A stretch of 64,000 nucleotides of DNA from the NCBI GenBank assembly GCA_951406725.2, contig OX597816.1, forward strand, positions 175,088,001 to 175,152,000, given 5' to 3'. Position 1 is the stretch's first letter. Each line of letters starts with the position of its first letter. Shown one piece after another: positions 11,190 to 23,271 of this stretch. This DNA is from Octopus vulgaris. Its lineage: Eukaryota. Made by a program: the position numbers and the translations under genes. Under the pieces are notes generated by a model. It worked only from the letters and a program-made list of their open reading frames with translations, ran no database searches and had not been told where the DNA came from.

Positions 11190-12498
11190 TTCCTAATAGT
11201 ACAATGCAGGAACACCAAGCATACATGAATAGGGATAGAACATATGGTGGTAATGCTGAATTAGTTGCCATTAGTGAATTGTACAATGTTGCAATTCAGG
11301 TTCATCACAAAAATGAGGATGAAATTATTCTTCCTCTGTTCACAGTCGAACATTTACAGAAAGGAAGATCTCAGTGTTATATGGTGGCAAAATTGACAAT
11401 GGCCACTACGATGCTCTCTTTCCCATAAACAATCATGAGCACGAAAGAAATGTAGAAGGAAATGAAATATCACAAAACAGTAAAAAAGACAAAAGAATGA
11501 GAATTCAAACACTTAATATGAAAATTGTAGAAGAAAGTAAAAACCATCGGAAAGTTTGGTTGTAAAAAATGAGGGAATATGAGAGGAGGACAAGAGAACA
11601 AGAAGGTAATAAAGATAGGGAAATGAGATTGTAGAGAAAGAAGGAAAATTATAGAAAAAAAAAGTACAAAAAATAAAAAAGACAAAAAAATACGATTGCA
11701 AAAGAGGAGAGAAAAAGGTAGAATAAATAGAAAACGGGAGTGAAAGTGACTGAAAAATATGACTAAGAAGGAGAAAGCGTTCCAGAGAAAATCAGCAGAA
11801 AAAGTATAGATGATTTCAATGGCAAGGTGTAGCATTTAATTACGATCCTAATCATAATTATGCATACCCTGCTGGAAAATGGGTGAACTTTGTACTTCAG
11901 ATGCAGTATTCCACTGAGAATTACAGAGGAATCTATGTGCCACATGAAAATAAGTGATTCCAGAGGAAAACTTTTCCAAAAGGCAAGGTTACTGGTTATT
12001 GATGAGGTTACAATGGGCCATAAGCATGTCTGTGAATGTGTTGATCACAGTCTCACAGAAGTTAGACAAGAACCAGATAAGCTGTTTGGCGGTCTGACTG
12101 TTTTGTTTTCTGGAGACTGGAAGCAGACCTTGCCCATGGTACAAAGAGGTTCCAGAGCCGAGATTGGTCATGTCACATTAAAACAGTCATATATTTGGAG
12201 CCATGTCCAAAGCCTGTGGTAGTCTGTCAATATGAGAGTCCAAAATTCTGGCAGCGATGACACTGCTGTTGCATTCTATCTTGACCAGCTGAGGAATGGA
12301 ACATTTCCTATGAATCAAGAAATTGGTGAATACAAAATATCTATCCCCCACCACATTTGATTGATTCAACAAGGCTACAGGACCTTTGTGAAATGGTCTT
12401 CAGGGGTATTGATGAGGAATATAGAGAGGGACTATGGATGAGCAGCAGAGCCATCGTTATGCCTACAAACAAGGCTGCTGAAGAAGTGAATACAGTTG
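11190..12498 (+). pseudogene. Decayed autonomous Helitron fragments: OTU-like protease and Pif1 helicase
   Basis: YGGNAELVAISELYNVAIQVH...NGHYDAL (OTU-like); LLVIDEVTM, FGGLTVLFSGDWKQTLP (Pif1 motifs II/III); frameshifted. Confidence 0.75.
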
Positions 12499-12870
12499 TC
12501 ACGTTGAAACTATTTTAGCATTTAAGAGACATCTAGAATATAAGATCAAAAATAATTCTTCTAGATAGAGAAAGCAAAAGGAGTTTCCAAGCTTATAAGC
12601 AGTTGCCTTGCTTATAATCTCCCACTCCACAGAAAACCTGTTTTTCTTGTCTTTCAAGTCCCAAATAAATTTACTGAGGTTGGTAGAAGAAGACCTGTTC
12701 CTATTATTATAGGTGCAAATATGGTTAGAGACACGTTTCTTAACAAACTTTTGTGTAGCTCCTATGGAGAAGAAACTTTTACCCTCAGATATCACCTTAC
12801 ATCTGTAAACAACATTCTTTTGTTACAATAATTTTAAAATAAACATTCACGTCTAACCCTGCAATCACAA
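12499..12870 (-). pseudogene. Naiad-type Penelope GIY-YIG endonuclease fragment
   Basis: NVVYRCKV...IGAT..KKRVSNH...STNLSKFIWDLK...WEII.KA..Y....C.L.LEE. Confidence 0.75.
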
Positions 12871-13306
12871 AACATATTTTCATTACTACTCATACTATTA
12901 CTCTGTTTCATATCATTACATTCAGTATAATTGCTACTAACCATTTTATCTACATCCAAGAGTTTGTGATGGGTAAAATGTTTAGAGAAAAGTTTGTATG
13001 GGTTGCCAACCCTTAATTTACTTAGAGAAAGGAACTATAAACCAAACAATGTCGTTTTTACCAGGAGATTCATCATAATTTTCAAATTTTCAAGCATTAT
13101 TGAATATATAAGGGGTTTGTTTTTTATCCCATTATTCATATTTGTGAGATGAAAATATAATAAAATATTTTAATTAAATGGTGTAAATGGATGTTATGTC
13201 TTCTATATGTGGCAATGTATTGGTATTTTACTTTGATTCAATTAAGCACATTACTTCAGTTAAGCACATTATTCACGTGAGATGAAAATGAACAAGTAAA
13301 TGACGG

Positions 13307-13312
13307 TTTATT
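13307..13312 (-). promoter_or_regulatory. Candidate polyadenylation signal of the FBXO16-like gene
   Basis: AATAAA on the minus strand about 300 nt after the predicted stop. Confidence 0.4.
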
Positions 13313-13609
13313 TATAAAATACAATGATTCCCATACATGAAATAAAATACAATAACATGTTATAACAAAGATGTGTGAAAAACATCATGATTAGGCTGGA
13401 TTGCTGATCTTGTAGACAAAGTTGATGTACTGTTTGGTGGTGTGTAGAGGCAGTTGATGGTCTGTTGGTCGTGCGGCGTTCATACAGCAATGATGTAGGA
13501 GGGTGTCTGGTGGAGATGAAAGTGGACGCTGGCTGGCTGAGGTCAGATACATCGTTGTCAGAGACAAGTTGACGTGTGGTCAGTGGCATGTGCCAAAGAC
13601 AAAGTGCAG

Positions 13610-13666
13610 TCAAGAATTGCCATTCTTATTGAAATCAGTAGGCTCCCAGAGCTGGTGATTAATATC
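13610..13666 (-). CDS. FBXO16: FBXO16-like gene, probable terminal coding exon (DINHQLWEPTDFNKNGNS*)
   Basis: Pyrimidine-rich acceptor gtttgtttttccttatgtag. Phase 0 matches the donor at 16190. Followed by about 300 nt of non-repetitive sequence and AATAAA at 13307-13312. No homology recognised. Confidence 0.55.
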   Translation of the reverse strand, partial: DINHQLWEPTDFNKNGNS

Positions 13667-14144
13667 CTACATAAGGAAAAACAAACTGTTGCACCAACAC
13701 GATTAGACGGCTGGAAACCAACCAATACAAACAACAAGTTCGGCTAATCACAAGGTCATGTGACTTGCTGGAACAAAAAGGCCTGTGGAGCTAATATCCA
13801 GGTTTTTAAGCCTAAACAACCCATAATGAAAACATCTCACACATAATGACAGTGTAAATCACTTCTGCTACAAACATATTATCTTAATAGTAATTACAAC
13901 TTTAGTGTACTTAGTTTTAATAAATAGTATCTGGTAATATCTAGTTTTTGCTATTGTTTACAAAGTTTATATTGACCATAGATTTAGGCACAAATACTGA
14001 TGACACAACACCATTATATGTTAATTAACTAGCAGTGTTGATATGTTATATTTTTTGTTGTTGGCATGCACAACTACTTGATGAAGTTACCTCTCTCTCC
14101 CTCACTCTCTCTCTCTTTCAACCCATCTTTCTCACTCACTTTAA

Positions 14145-15402
14145 TCTCTGAGGTTGCAGAGGTGTTTATCACCTCTGTAATCACTTACCGCCTGACCGTT
14201 GTGCCTTGTCCTGATTCGTGGCTGAACAAGCTGGAATGGATGCACTTTCACTTTTTGTGGAGGGGCAGCAGACCTCTTGTAAAGCACCCTATTTGCTGCC
14301 AAAAGCCACCGAAGGGTGGGTTAGGGATGCCATGGCTAAAAATGCTCAGACATGTGCTCAGGCTTAGGCACCTCTGGCTTTACTTGGACAGTGAGCAGGT
14401 GTGGTCTCCATTCGTCAAGCTGTTATTTCCACAGTTCACATCGTTTAACGAACTGAACCCATGGATCAAGTGTAGACCGAGGTTGGACGTGTGGTATGTA
14501 GAGTGCCATCAGGCACTCGTGCTTCTCTCCCAGTTGGGCAACGCCAGTGGCGGGGGTACTACCTCGTTCTTCTATAGAGGGTTAGTAGAGTTTAAGTGTG
14601 ATGACGTCCTGGGAGAAACCCTGGGCTTCAACGAAAATCAACTGGCCAGCCTGTTCCAAAGAACATTCGGTCCGGGGCCTATGGATAATCACCAAAAATC
14701 CCTGGCCTGGCAATGTTACAGAGGAGCTTTACCAGTTCGAGACAAGCTCTTTAGACATGGGTGTGCACCTTCGCCGGTTTGTGCAAGATGCGAGAGGGAC
14801 AGTGAAACTGTCCTGCACGCGATTGTGCAATGCCCCAAGGTGACTGAACTCTGGGCTTATGTCGAACACCTGCAGTCACATTCGAGAAGAGTACAACTGT
14901 CGAGCGAATCTGTAATTAAGATTGTTCTGCCGACCTCCCTGAATAGGGAGGAGTGAGCCTGTTTTCTCTCAATAGTTGCTGTGGTGAAAGAAGTAGTATG
15001 GAAGATGAGAGTAAAAAGAATTGCAACAGGTATGTTCATCTCCAGTCTCGAGCTAATCGACTTTTTCGTTTTCCACATGAAACGGAAAATAAGGCTGGAG
15101 AAGAAATGCCTGTCGCAAAGTGTGTTTCGTAAAAGATGGAAGTCTATAGCAAGTATGTTGCGAGTGAAAGAACCTGTTTAATCAAGAATGTGAAAAAGGA
15201 GAAAGTAAAGTCTTCAGTGTGAGTATGTGGTTTGTGGGGTCAACCGCGTCCTCCGCTTCATTTTTCGTTATTCACTCATTCTCATTTAATTGTATATATT
15301 TTAATTGTTTGTTTATTCATACGTTTCGTCTCATTCGATACCCTGACCCCAACGTTTGTTTGTCTCCTCTTTATCTCAACCTTATGGTGAATAAAGAAAT
15401 AC
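14145..15402 (+). mobile_element. L1/Tx1-clade LINE 3' fragment
   Basis: FLWRG...GGLGMP motif; zf-RVT-like ALPVRDKL..CARC...ETVLHAIVQCP; AATAAA at the 3' end; (CT)n on both sides. Confidence 0.8.
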
Positions 15403-15518
15403 TCTCTCTCTCTCTCTCTCCCTATAACATCTTTTTCGCCCTACTTACAACATCACCACCAATAAAAACCCTCATGTATTACAATAGCACGTGCACAAAT
15501 ATATCAAATGTATTTGTT

Positions 15519-15565
<47 letters not shown>

Positions 15566-16189
15566 ATAACATTTTTTTTAAAACAACACACATTCTAAAA
15601 CATAAACATCTGAGTCTGTCGTGGGTCAACCAACATGTTGAAATTTTGGAAAATTCTTTCCTGATGAAATACCTAATTAACCAGTTTCAACATGAAAATT
15701 TAAATTAATTAAATTTAATTTCTGTAATTGAACTAACTAGATATGGAAACGGTTGTAGGACTGGAATTTCATTATTTGGGTTTGAATAAACTGATGTCTG
15801 CAAGTCAATTTCTCCATTTTCTTCTTTTTCTCATTCATAAATATTTAAAATACCTATATATATCAATGCAAAACTAATATACCACTGAACACTGGTATAA
15901 ACTGGAGAACTAGGATGCTAGCATCCCTTAAAGGATTATAGGTCCTTAATACAATTGTGTGTGTGTGTGTGTAAACCATAAAAAGTCAGAAAGTATGAGA
16001 GGTGAATATATTTATTTAACCCCTTGTCATCCTTAAGATTATGGACTGTTTCGTAACTTTAATCATGTAATAATAAATTCAGGCTGAACTCCCTGTATGT
16101 AGAAGCATTAGAGAGAAATTACCATTAATCAATGAGAAGAATGATTAGGATGACAATGATGACAACAAGTATATTATTTGGTCACTTAC

Positions 16190-16304
16190 CAAAATGGGTT
16201 TTTTGTTTAAGTGGTATCTGATGGTGTAGGCCGAATTAAGCAATTGTTTGCTGCTGGCAGATTTGTTAGGTCTTGAGATCTTTTTGTAAAAGTCTTCTGT
16301 GCAT
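16190..16304 (-). CDS. FBXO16: FBXO16-like gene, probable internal exon (CTEDFYKKISRPNKSASSKQLLNSAYTIRYHLNKKPIL)
   Basis: AG acceptor and consensus GTAAGT donor. 115 nt = 1 + 38 codons, open only in a way that completes the phase-2 codon left by exon 28400-28581. Confidence 0.6.
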
Positions 16305-16485
16305 CTTTAGTCATAGACCAAGAACAGTAAAAATGTAATAGTTAATTTCAAGCAGAACACAAAATAATGACAGATAAAATATTCTTTAAAATGCAAGTGT
16401 CTTAACTAGTTATGACTATAGAGAGCAAAAATATCAAATATTTTGCTATATATGTGTGTGCATGTGTGTGTATATGTATGTATGT

Positions 16486-16551
<66 letters not shown>

Positions 16552-16871
16552 GAAGAGGCAGTCAAACTGTCTTGTAATATTTATTTATGTCCACTTATGT
16601 TCTGTTTTCAAATTCTACCAAAACCAATTTTGCCTTTCATCCTTCTGGGGTTAGTAAATTAAGTGCCGGGGCTGATCTAATTGATTATACCCAGTCCCTA
16701 AAATTTGAGGCCTTATATCTATACTAGGTAATATTATTTTTTCATTTATTCTTTTAGATTCATTTTCGTGCACAAATCTAATAGGATTGTACATAATCCA
16801 GCATAGCCATAGCACAAGGGCTTAAACAAGTAAAAGATTAAATGGTTTTACAGCTGGATACTCCTCATACC

Positions 16872-18770
16872 ATTAACCATTCATATCGATGAGGAGGCAT
16901 GATTTTTGTCTCAAGTTCTTCAATATAATGTCTGGCCTATTTGCATCTATCTTTTTGTCAGTTTGAATGGTGAAGTTCCAAGCGAGTGAGATATGGTCAT
17001 TTTCAAGCACTGGAGGTGGTTTGTGTTCCCACCAGTTTTTATCATGGGACAGGTCCAAGTATTTGCAAATTAACCAGTGAATATACTGTGCTGCTCTATC
17101 ATGCCTGTTGAGATACTATTTAGGCATAAGAAGACTGCACATGGAGACAACATGATCAATTGTTTCATTTTGTTGTTTACATACATGACATGTTGGGCTA
17201 CTACCATTCTTTAATATGTTGGCCTGGTAGTTCCCTGGAGGTAGGCATTGATCTTGAGCTGCTATGATAAATCCTTCCGTTTCTGATTTTAGGACAGAAG
17301 ACACAAACCATTGATGGGTAAGGGCTTTGTCAACATTGGCACTATTAGCTCTCGTTGGGTATTTGGCTTTGAGAGGTATTTCTTGCCATTTATCACTAAG
17401 GATATCTAAGGCAGCAGTTTTAGCATGGGTTTTCATAAGCTTAGCTTTTTCTGTGCTTGTTTCTAGTACATCTAATTCTGGAATTTGTTGTATCTGGAAT
17501 TCACTTAAATATTCCTCTGCCTGTTTTGTTAGTGAGTATGATGCTTTCAGACAAGTTTTGACATCCAGTCCTCAGAGCTTTTCAGATAGGTGTCTAGGCC
17601 AATTGTGACAATCTCCATTGTTAATTTCAGTTGAAAAAGTCCATGGCCACCCTCTTTTCTTGGCAGGTAAAGTCGTTCTATATCTGCCTTAAGGTGGTGC
17701 ATTCTATGCATTGTCAAAAATTTTCTTATTTTTCTGTCAAGATTACATATTTCTGTAATTGACCAGTTAATGATATTGAAATTGTAAGCCATGACTTGTA
17801 TGGCTAAAGAATTGATCTCTTTGATCCTGTTTCTTGTGTTTAGCTCTGTCTTCAGTATTGCCCTTACCTTGCGATAACATTCTGTTCTGATCTTTCCTTG
17901 ATCATTGAATATTTGATTCCACCAACTTTTTTTCTGTGGTTAAATTTTCCATTTCTTCAATGACTCAGTGAACCTATTACCAAGAACTTCCATTGGGCAG
18001 ATGGCTCTCCAGTTTTTCACATGGGAAACTTAATAGTTATATCATTTTAACAACTTTTTAGCAGCTCGGTCCATTTCTGCGAGATGCCATGTCATTCAAA
18101 CCCTGCAAGTACATCATCTACTTGCTGGAAATAGTAGTCATTTGCACATCGATATTTCCAGTGAAGTACTCAACTGTTTTTGATGTCTTTTTTGTGACTG
18201 ACAGTACAGCAATCCTAATCATGATCCTGTGCATATTTCAGTTTTTTAAAATCTGCTTTTCAATCTTTAATCCTTCATTTGGCTTTATCTTTTAGTAACA
18301 ACTGCTGTTGTGAAAATTTCTGCCTCTGCATGCCAAGATATTTCCTACCTTATTACAGCTGGAGAATGGGAGAACTTCAATTTGTTTCAGTTGTATGGCA
18401 GCTGTTATGCCCCAGTTTCTGCTATTCATTCTTAATGCCAGTGTCAGATTTTTGAGGAGGTTAAATTTCTTGACAGCATCTTGAGGTAATGTCTTTACTT
18501 AGTTCTGCATTCATGTTCAGTTCGACGCCCTGTCATGATCACCACCACCACTTTTGGAATCTTCACACAGTATCGCATCCATCAGCACCAAATCAAAATT
18601 GATGAAAACTTGTCTTGTTTCTTTTTCATCACCATCTTGAATTCCAGCATCTCATCATCATGATGTCAGCAGATCATTTTTTTCCACTTGTCATGATTTT
18701 ATTCAACATGCTTATCTTAGGAGCTTCATGTCCCAATTTTGCTGCCATGCAACGTCCTTGGGTAAATTTT
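16872..18770 (-). mobile_element. Decayed Dong/R4-type non-LTR retrotransposon (REL endonuclease)
   Basis: RLYLPRKEGG.GL; ETEGFIIAAQDQ; CHVC...ETIDHVVSMC; RHD; NRPDII. Confidence 0.8.
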
Positions 18771-19520
18771 GAAAAGTGCGCATGTTTCACCAAGAAAAAA
18801 TTAAAAAAACATTGGATTTTTCCAAGCAATCAAGTACCCTGACCTCCTAATGTGCTACAAGCTCCTTATTTTTGTTCAGAAAAAAAGGGGAGGGGGAATC
18901 CCCACTCCTCCATCCCAGATTCATTGGAATTTTTTTTTTTCTATTGAATGAATTACAGTAACCTCCTAATATGCTGCAAAACACACTTTTTGTCTGGCAG
19001 ATGGGGGTAGTGTGGAGTGGAATCCTGGGAAATTTCCCCCCTCCCCTTTCAGGGATCATTGGAAAATGGTTGCTTTTTTTTTTCCATTGAATGAATTACA
19101 GTGGCTTCCTAATATGCCACAAAATACTTCAGAAAAGTACTTATTACATACCTTGCAGTCAAATCATTGGATTAATCCCAACAAAAAATAAACTTTTTTT
19201 TCTAAATTTTATCAAAATAGATATTTGTTTGACTAAACATTTCAGGCTGTGGTGGCAGCATTTTAGAAAAAAAAATCACTTTTGCTTTGCATATTTCCCA
19301 CTGAAACTCAAATTGGGTTTCATTGGGGGTGGGAGAGAATAAAAGTTGCATATTTCCCACTGAATGTTTTCAAAATTTTAAATTCCCTGCCAAATTTCTA
19401 ATTTTTAACATTTTTCGAATTTTTTTTTCAATCTACATGGAAAATACAGCGATTAAGAATATGGAAAAAAATTTTTTAATTTCAAATTTTCTTTCACTGT
19501 CTGAAGCTGAAAATGTCAAT

Positions 19521-19683
19521 AGGCGCAGGAGTGGCTGTGTGGTAAGTAGCTTGCTAACCAACCACATGGTTCCGGGTTCAGTCCCACTGCGTGGCATCTT
19601 GGACAAGTGTCTTCTGCTATAGCCCCGGGCCGACCAATGCCTTGTGAGTGCATTTGGTAGACGGAAACTGAAAGAAGCCTGTC

Positions 19684-19747
<64 letters not shown>

Positions 19748-19967
19748 TTGTGTGTCTGTGTTTGTCCCCCTAGCATTGCTTGACAACCGATGCTGGTGTG
19801 TATACGTCCCCATCACTTAGTGGTTCAGCAAAAGAGACTGATAGAATAAGTACTGGGCTCACAAAGAATAAGTCCCGGGGTCGATTTGCTCGACTAAAAG
19901 GCGGTGCTCCAGCATGGCTGCAGTCAAATGACTGAAACAAGTAAAAGAGTAAAAGAGTAAAAAGAGT
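19521..19967 (+). mobile_element. SINE family A, full length (tRNA-like head, CORE-like block, internal (TA)n(TG)n, (AAAGAGT)n tail)
   Basis: A-box-like TGGCTGTGTGG, B-box-like GGTTCAGTCCC, at least 9 copies in the window. Confidence 0.88.
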
Positions 19968-20061
19968 ATACTAAAAATAACAGCTAAATGTGGAGAATTT
20001 TTGTGTTTGTGTGTGTGTGCAACAATTTCTACAGCTTATCCGAATAAACAGACAAAAGTAC

Positions 20062-22615
20062 ACAATTTCATTTCATTTGGGTTTGACTCCATGCTCAGGC
20101 CAAGTCGAAGACTCCACCCTCAGAGTCTGGTGTGGTTGCCAGGTTGTATTCTCTGCTTAATTTTGACATGTGTAGGAGCGAGTTTGAGTCAGTTTGTGCT
20201 CGTTGTGTATATCCTGGGAGATGGGGTTCATCTCTAATGGTGCTTAAGTATCTATCCAGTTGCAATTTGAATGATTCCACACTGCATCCTGATAGATTTC
20301 TGACATGTACTGGAATGGAGTTGAACAGTTGTTCTCCTCGAACCAACAGACTTGATTCTCGCAGTGTTTTTGCTGCCTGGCCAGCCTTTTTGTTGATTGG
20401 TGGCAGCTGGCAGCGTCTTCCGTGGCGCAGTGAGTGGTAGGTTTTGATACCAAAGTTTGGCACCTTCTGCTCTATCATTTTCCAAATGTATATAATTCGG
20501 TATCGCTCAAATCTTCTTTCTATTGAGTACATCCTCAAGGTTTTGAGTCTTTGCCAATAGTCCAGGTCCCTCGTTTCTGAGAAGTATGAGGTAAAATTTC
20601 TTTGGAGCGATTCTATCTTAGATAGTTGGCCCTTTGTTGTTGGTGACCACAACTGAGAACAGTAGTCAATCCTCGGAAGTATCATACTGTTCCAGAGGGT
20701 TTTCATTGTTGAGGTATCTCTTGATTTGAAGGTGCGCAAGATCCACCCGCTGTACTTTCTTGCAGTAAGACAGACTGAGTCAAGGTGTTCTCTGAATTTT
20801 AGGTTGGTTCCCATGTGGATGCCTAAATCTTTCACATACTGTTTTTCCATTATTTGTTGTCCTGATGGGTTTCTGTAGTTTGTTGTATTTTTCAGATCTT
20901 GATCTGTTCCGTAGCGAATTAGTTCAAACTTCTTATCATTGAACAACATGTTGTTTGTTTCCTGCCATTTATATATGGTGGTCAGGTCCTTTTGTAAGGC
21001 CTCTGTATCCACCTCGTCTTTGATTTGTCTCATGACCCTGGTGTCATCAGCAAAGGATGAGACGTTGCTGGTTGTATCTTCATCTATGTCAGAGATGAGG
21101 ATGAGAAACAGGATTGGGCCGAGTACTGTACCCTGAGGAACACTGCTGGTCACAGGTGATGGTGTTGAATGGGTTCCATTCACAGTGACTGTTTGAGTTC
21201 TATTTGTAAGGAACTCATGTATCCATGTACCAACTTTTCCTCCTACTCCTAGCTTTCGAAGTTTGTGACCCAGGATGCCATGATCTACCTTGTCAAATGC
21301 CTTGGCAAAGTCGAGGTAAATAACATCTGTGTTGTATCCATTCTCTAGATTTTCTAGGATTTGGTCATGGTGTGCCAGTAGTTGGGAAAGGCATGATCTA
21401 CCTAACCTGAATCCATGGTGGTTGCAATTCATCAGATTGTTAGATTCCAGGAACTCAACCAGTTTTCCACGAACTATTCTTTCGAAGACCTTGATAATGT
21501 GTGATGTCAGTGAGATTGGTCGGTAGTTCTTTGGTTTTGATTTGCTGTCCCCTTTATGTATTGGAGTTATGTGTGCTTCTTTATATGTATTTGGTATTTT
21601 GCCATTCTCCATAGATTCCCTCCATATCATGTAAAGGGGTTTCGACAATTGTACCTTGCAGTTTTTAAGTATCATGGCATTGAAACCGTCAGGCCCCGCA
21701 GCCGAGTGCATGGAGAGCTTGTCTATGGCTCTTGCTATGTCTTCTGGGTTGAAATCAATGTCGGATAGGGTAGGTTTAGTATGGTCGATATCCTTGAAGA
21801 ATTTTCCTGGGTCATGGATCTTCATGGTTTTAGATGGCTCACTGAAGACACTTTCATACTGTTGACCCAACATTTCTGCCATTTCAATAGGGTTATTCAC
21901 TACATCCCCATTTTGTCTCTGGAGAGGTCCTATTGTTGACTTGGTGTTCGAGTATTTCTTTGCAAAACTGTAGAAACATTTTGGATTTTTCTTGATGTTT
22001 TCTATGGCTCTCTTTTCTGCATTGTTACGTTCTTCATCATAGTGTTGTTTTAGATTGTCTTCTAATCTGTATATTTGGTCAAGGACTTTCTGTAATTCAT
22101 GTTTTGATGTCAGCTTAGATGTTTTGTTTCTTAGTCTTGACCTTTTGCGCATCAGGATCTTTCGCTCCCGTGGTACAGGTTTTTTTGTGGACTTGGTTTT
22201 CTTTAGAGGAACATTTTTTTCACATATTTCTTCGATCTTGCTTAAGAATTTCTTGTGTTTATCTGGCCCAGTAAGGTAGAGATCCCAGTCAATGATTTGT
22301 AACTGGTTGTTAATAGTTTCCCAATTTGCCTGGTGATAATCATACCTGCATAGCTTTGGCATGTCCTTTTGTTTAAGAGTTGTGGCATTGGGCTCATTAC
22401 CAATGTGTAAATGCATTTCAATAATATTGTGGTCTGAAAGGATTGTTGGGGTTGAGTGAAGGTCAAATAGCGTGTCCTCGTTGTTGGTGAAAACCAAGTC
22501 GATCGTATTATTATTTCTTGTTGCTTCTGTCATCATTTGTTTGAGGTATAATTTCTCTGTGACTTCCAACAGTTTGGCTGCCTGTATTTGTTCAGCTTTT
22601 GTCCCCAGTTTTAGT
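20062..22615 (-). mobile_element. CR1/L2-group LINE, 5'-truncated, with uninterrupted ORF2 (20095-22569, 824 aa)
   Basis: APE C-terminus (TRNNNTIDLVFTN..SDHN); RT motifs NYRPISLTS, YLDFAKAFDKVDH, VPQGTVLGPILF, FADDT; (AAATG)n 3' tail. Confidence 0.92.
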
Positions 22616-23271
22616 ATGTTTTACATACCTGTCATATATGTTAGTTTTTGTTTTTTTGCATCCATGAAGTTTTTGAGGATGACAATTTGGTACTAATTGT
22701 GTGTGAGTCTACATGTACATATACACTCTTTTATATATATATATATATTCTCTTGCTCTTTCCTCAGGCTGGGTAACCATGTATTTCCTTTGCAGCAGCA
22801 TACCTGTTGCTGTCTTCATTCCTGATCTCTCTCTCTGGCTGGGTAACCTTTTACTTCCTCTACAGCAAGAGGCTTGTTTCTGTTTCTCTGTCTCACTATA
22901 ACCTTTCATCCTCTGACACAAGATCACCTTCTCCAATGCCCCCTCCCCTCTCAAAAGAGTTTATTTTTTGTCAGTGCAGGTGCCACATAAAGTACCCAGT
23001 CTACACTGTAAAGCAGTTGGCATTTGGATGGGCATCTAGCTGTAAAAACCTTGCCAAAACTGACCATGCCTCTGCTTGAGCCACGTAAAAAGCACTAAGA
23101 CCACTCTGCTGAGTGGTCAGTATTAGGAAGGGCATCCAACTGTAAAAATCTTGCCAAAACAGTTACAGAAGTCTAGTGCAGGCTTCTGCCTGGTCGGCTC
23201 TTGTGAAACTATCCTACCCATGCCAGCATGGAAGGTGGATGTTAAATGATGATGATGATGATGACGATGAT

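Noticed and set aside
13308-13613. 101-aa minus ORF
   Set aside because: Out of frame with the 13666 acceptor; better explained as 3' UTR.
22629-22708. Possible extra FBXO16 exon (tag...GACAG|gtatgt)
   Set aside because: 80 nt, no polypyrimidine tract, and a stop after 4 codons in the required phase.
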